DNA of 31,986 nucleotides from Promethearchaeia archaeon. GTDB taxonomy: Archaea > Asgardarchaeota > Lokiarchaeia > Sigyniarchaeales > SOKP01. This document shows positions 30,201-31,986 of the stretch, piece after piece. The notes under the pieces are model-generated. The model made no database searches. It saw only the letters and a program-made list of their open reading frames with translations, and was not told where the DNA came from. The stretch covers positions 1 through 31,986 of the forward strand of contig JAHQWH010000114.1 in assembly GCA_029856105.1 (NCBI GenBank), in the 5' to 3' direction. Numbering within the stretch: position 1 is the first letter of the stretch; each line of letters starts with the position of its first letter. A program made the position numbers and the translations under genes.

Positions 30201-31185
30201 ATTAGCTTCTGACTGGTCTTTCATTAACCCCTATTTACAAAGCGATTTAGCGACCGATTACGAACGCAAACTTCTCGACTTGTACTCTAACTTTCTTTCT
30301 AAAGCGGGCGCTTACGCGAACCTGCGGGGCCTAAGCCTTTTCATGCCAAAAGCAGATGGAACTTTGAATCAATACGATCTTAAAAAGTGGAATGACGAAA
30401 GGGTTAAAGGGTACGGCGTAGTCTTCCACCTCTGCCAATTTTTGGGATTTGACCCGTTATTTTTTGAGCCTTTGGATAAAGAAATATTTAAGAGAGGTGC
30501 GTGGTTACGCCATCATTTCCGTGATTGGATCCTTAGAAAAACCTCCAGCAAAGTCAGCGATACTTTGCTTACCGATGAAAATAAGCACGCCGCTTACGAG
30601 CATTACAGCGAAGGGTTTATTGTTGCGCTTATGAATGGCATTATCGAGGCTATCCAGCAAATAAAGGATGAAATTACTCCAGTAGATCTGGAAAACTCGT
30701 TGAAGAAATACATGACAAAGTACCTAAGCGACCAAGGGGGGTCGACTCCGGAGGGGAACAGTGTCGGAGAGCTCGTAAAAAAGGTATTAGATGTATGGAA
30801 ACAAAAAGGGGATTATGTTTTTAAGAGACGATTGAAAATATTGAACGAGATAAGGACAAATTATATCGACGAAAAAGGAATATTTAGATATGATATTTTC
30901 TTAGAAAAGGAATACGACATGAACTCGGAGAGCAGATTCATAAAAAACGCTCGAGACTTCCACATTCTCTTGAGAAATGACCAGATTAGCGGGTCTGCCA
31001 GAGATTTATACGTCACCCAACACGATTTCGACTACATGCAGCGAATCTTCCCCGCATCTGGGAGCACACAGTCGCGCATCACGGATTGGATATATATTTT
31101 CAGCACCGTGTCTTCGAGGAGCTTCGAAATCGATTGGGTCAATAATTTAGATCTTTTATCGGAATACAATTCTTTTTATTTTTAA
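26974..31185 (+). CDS. Large hypothetical protein, probably the headless C-terminal part of a giant protein; hydrophobic helices near the N-terminus, His-His nuclease-like motif near the C-terminus
   Basis: 1403-codon uninterrupted frame whose first ~27 codons are out-of-frame intron sequence. Hydrophobic LTFWSTLISAPLVYFGSWAV and FLKGLFMVIPSVLFGSFSFVALSGL; C-terminal WLRHHFRD...DTLLTDENKH. Confidence 0.7.
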   Translation: MLDHILRGSWLLEESRRKIKARIRRELQRRLRQNLYFTKSLEAIISEKYSGFEDFLSETWAEDLIKSTIYYKVRVVFDRFVPDTTDETNSLALAQATSYAIMDYFNQYTYAEISANMISEIAYTETLTFWSTLISAPLVYFGSWAVKGTEAMMAQASVESVKALLLNGVKKMALSPIMEVFDEIIKDGFREALIENAVSIAGGTDDLGFWLSSLSTSYREVKGALGQLSLGPSTNLKTTISLIHAVSSGDIDTILEIKQRIDQDLKLKQETEKAKLAQMSFWDKMLKTDFLKGLFMVIPSVLFGSFSFVALSGLTKMVTSSIKLSPAAYAKLESSKHNRRKKAAIKAIGGQEANSVNNVFTDRVLGQTKKPAELDSAKADIDEKYKDQQNSEKENPSLVAFLSSINYNPKVVLSKQELTKRFNEIQLSNWIITDLAEDYRLKDKKAEFEKIRKSTRKIDFRQRIDEITKVIKNVIKEKYPSSLRFVDITGIELYDPNFVLVGRMARNRQNFIKEYRGTESYVPRVSENIISTMTAVEVLDYLNEQHYGFDQSESLVMMMMDGATIPDHVILADWLDAKGYNIRDDVIVLPANLVSDGKERFTEENWEKGTPSPYYPLIERLYSEVGYLFERAGLITQPSGKYLSYDDIIYELSDFMYENSMDIPDLRLKNYKNGYDFKPKSYIYFKDLFEFIGKLESSLPEETAKIYVSELKSIFDERAFSVFGGIAKNPFYNDARFISYNTLYVLQKYKIVTSTSLDNLKDDFFLDNYELKNFFKSFDKNLVKAYTPADHPRNKDKKYVPDTLRERIREALDAKQFDLEENELTRARKDLILGEIFSLFDDLDKKTQSYWNWYKLFTTGDKSENYLREKSINTNFLLELVFSNDLLPQLQYKNDLAKLFFGSTGTAPNFNEKFIINDNPTLSTLLTMEFVVSRWSKNDFEALSQQSGWKTEVKVTPQDLKQAKVAIINKINEYIKSRGYIADEFTRYRIDCTQKDILPEFDFVKAMFDFATEIEYIDQLDEKMISKIELSQSSKNIRKLLGIEGVNLLGNLKQGIFFSPKTMESIITPLQLKLQGLASDWSFINPYLQSDLATDYERKLLDLYSNFLSKAGAYANLRGLSLFMPKADGTLNQYDLKKWNDERVKGYGVVFHLCQFLGFDPLFFEPLDKEIFKRGAWLRHHFRDWILRKTSSKVSDTLLTDENKHAAYEHYSEGFIVALMNGIIEAIQQIKDEITPVDLENSLKKYMTKYLSDQGGSTPEGNSVGELVKKVLDVWKQKGDYVFKRRLKILNEIRTNYIDEKGIFRYDIFLEKEYDMNSESRFIKNARDFHILLRNDQISGSARDLYVTQHDFDYMQRIFPASGSTQSRITDWIYIFSTVSSRSFEIDWVNNLDLLSEYNSFYF

Positions 31186-31231
31186 AAAATTAGCGCGGGC
31201 GTTTGATTTAAATAGTTGATTTAACATTTAC

Positions 31232-31645
31232 ATGGTAAGCACAATGAAAAAAAAAAGAACGATTTCCGTCCAGCACCCTCAACTGGTAAAGTTTCGAAAC
31301 TTCCTGAGGGAAGCTATTTCTATTGCTGAAGATGTCGAAATAGGTAAGATATTAGACGAAGGAAGAGGTTTAAGGCCTATAGAAAGCGAAGCGGATGGGA
31401 AGCTTGTTAGGGAATTATCGGATAAGCGGAACAAGTTAGATGCCGCTATGGACAGATCAATTTGCGTGTGTTCCTTGTGTGGCTCCCGAACCAGCGACAT
31501 GACGTTCAATCCATATATGGAGGGATGGTTTTGCGTTAATTGTTACGAGAAATCCCGTAGGTTTTACAGAAGAAAGGCAAAAGAAGGGGAAATATGGAAC
31601 TCCGAGAATTACCTTCGTACGCCGTCTACTGAATGGTGGCCGTAG
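31232..31645 (+). CDS. Small zinc-finger protein (CSLC...CVNC)
   Basis: 137-aa ORF 46 nt after the large ORF; two CxxC pairs. Confidence 0.75.
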   Translation: MVSTMKKKRTISVQHPQLVKFRNFLREAISIAEDVEIGKILDEGRGLRPIESEADGKLVRELSDKRNKLDAAMDRSICVCSLCGSRTSDMTFNPYMEGWFCVNCYEKSRRFYRRKAKEGEIWNSENYLRTPSTEWWP

Positions 31646-31796
31646 TCTGAGTTAGTGGATGTGGATACAGTAGAAAGAATTATTTTAAAATATTTTAGAT
31701 TATTTTAAACCCTTTTTTTATTTTTTTTTAAAATTTAAAAGAATTATTTCAAAATATTTAATATTTACGAAAGAGTCTTTCGCCAAGAGAAACTTT

Positions 31797-31865
31797 TAAA
31801 GTATTTATTAATTTCAGTATTAAAGTATTAATTAATTTCAGTATTAAAGTATTAATTTCAGCAAT
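31797..31865. repeat. Three imperfect ~24-bp direct repeats
   Basis: TAAAGTATTTATTAATTTCAGTAT / TAAAGTATTAATTAATTTCAGTAT / TAAAGTATTAATTTCAGCAAT. Confidence 0.8.
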
Positions 31866-31877
31866 TAGAGAGAGAAT

Positions 31878-31986
31878 ATGTCCAAAATTTATTCATCATT
31901 AAAAAACTTACGAGATCGTACAAGAGCGAGTATTACAATAAAATCGTATAATATTTTATTTTTCACCTCATTGTTATTAGTTTTGA
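31878..31986 (+). CDS. 5' end of an ORF running off the window, possible signal peptide or N-terminal membrane anchor
   Basis: MSKIYSSLKNLRDRTRASITIKSYNILFFTSLLLVL...; purine-rich AGAGAGAG upstream. Confidence 0.45.
   Translation, partial: MSKIYSSLKNLRDRTRASITIKSYNILFFTSLLLVL

Noticed and set aside
31797-31865. Possible CRISPR array
   Set aside because: The repeats are contiguous with no spacers.

Overview
AT-rich archaeal chromosome segment, most consistent with an Asgard archaeon of the Lokiarchaeia type (split Rpo1, Arf-like small GTPase, eukaryote-like PCNA/eL30; taxonomy is inferred). Positions 1 to ~24,200 are core informational genes: rpo1C, eL30, nusA, uS12, uS7, pyrB, eL42, eS27, TFS, an RPA-like OB protein, PCNA-PriL-PriS-Gins15, nop10, aIF2-alpha, EF-1alpha, rpo11, csl4, a METTL5-like methyltransferase, enolase, RFC-S and truA. 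Within this core lies an unusual winged-HTH + ATP-cone + catalytically stripped class III ribonucleotide reductase (NrdD) fusion. Two genes appear to start at non-canonical ATA/ATT codons. From ~24,250 the window is accessory: small orphan and Zn-finger ORFs, then the 5' half of a group II intron with an intact EBS1-IBS1 match. The intron breaks off inside its RT ORF and is joined to a ~1,380-codon headless ORF with hydrophobic helices and a C-terminal His-His nuclease-like motif. A small Zn-finger gene, ~24-bp direct repeats and the start of a possibly secreted protein follow. All homology calls come from motif recognition by eye, not database searches.
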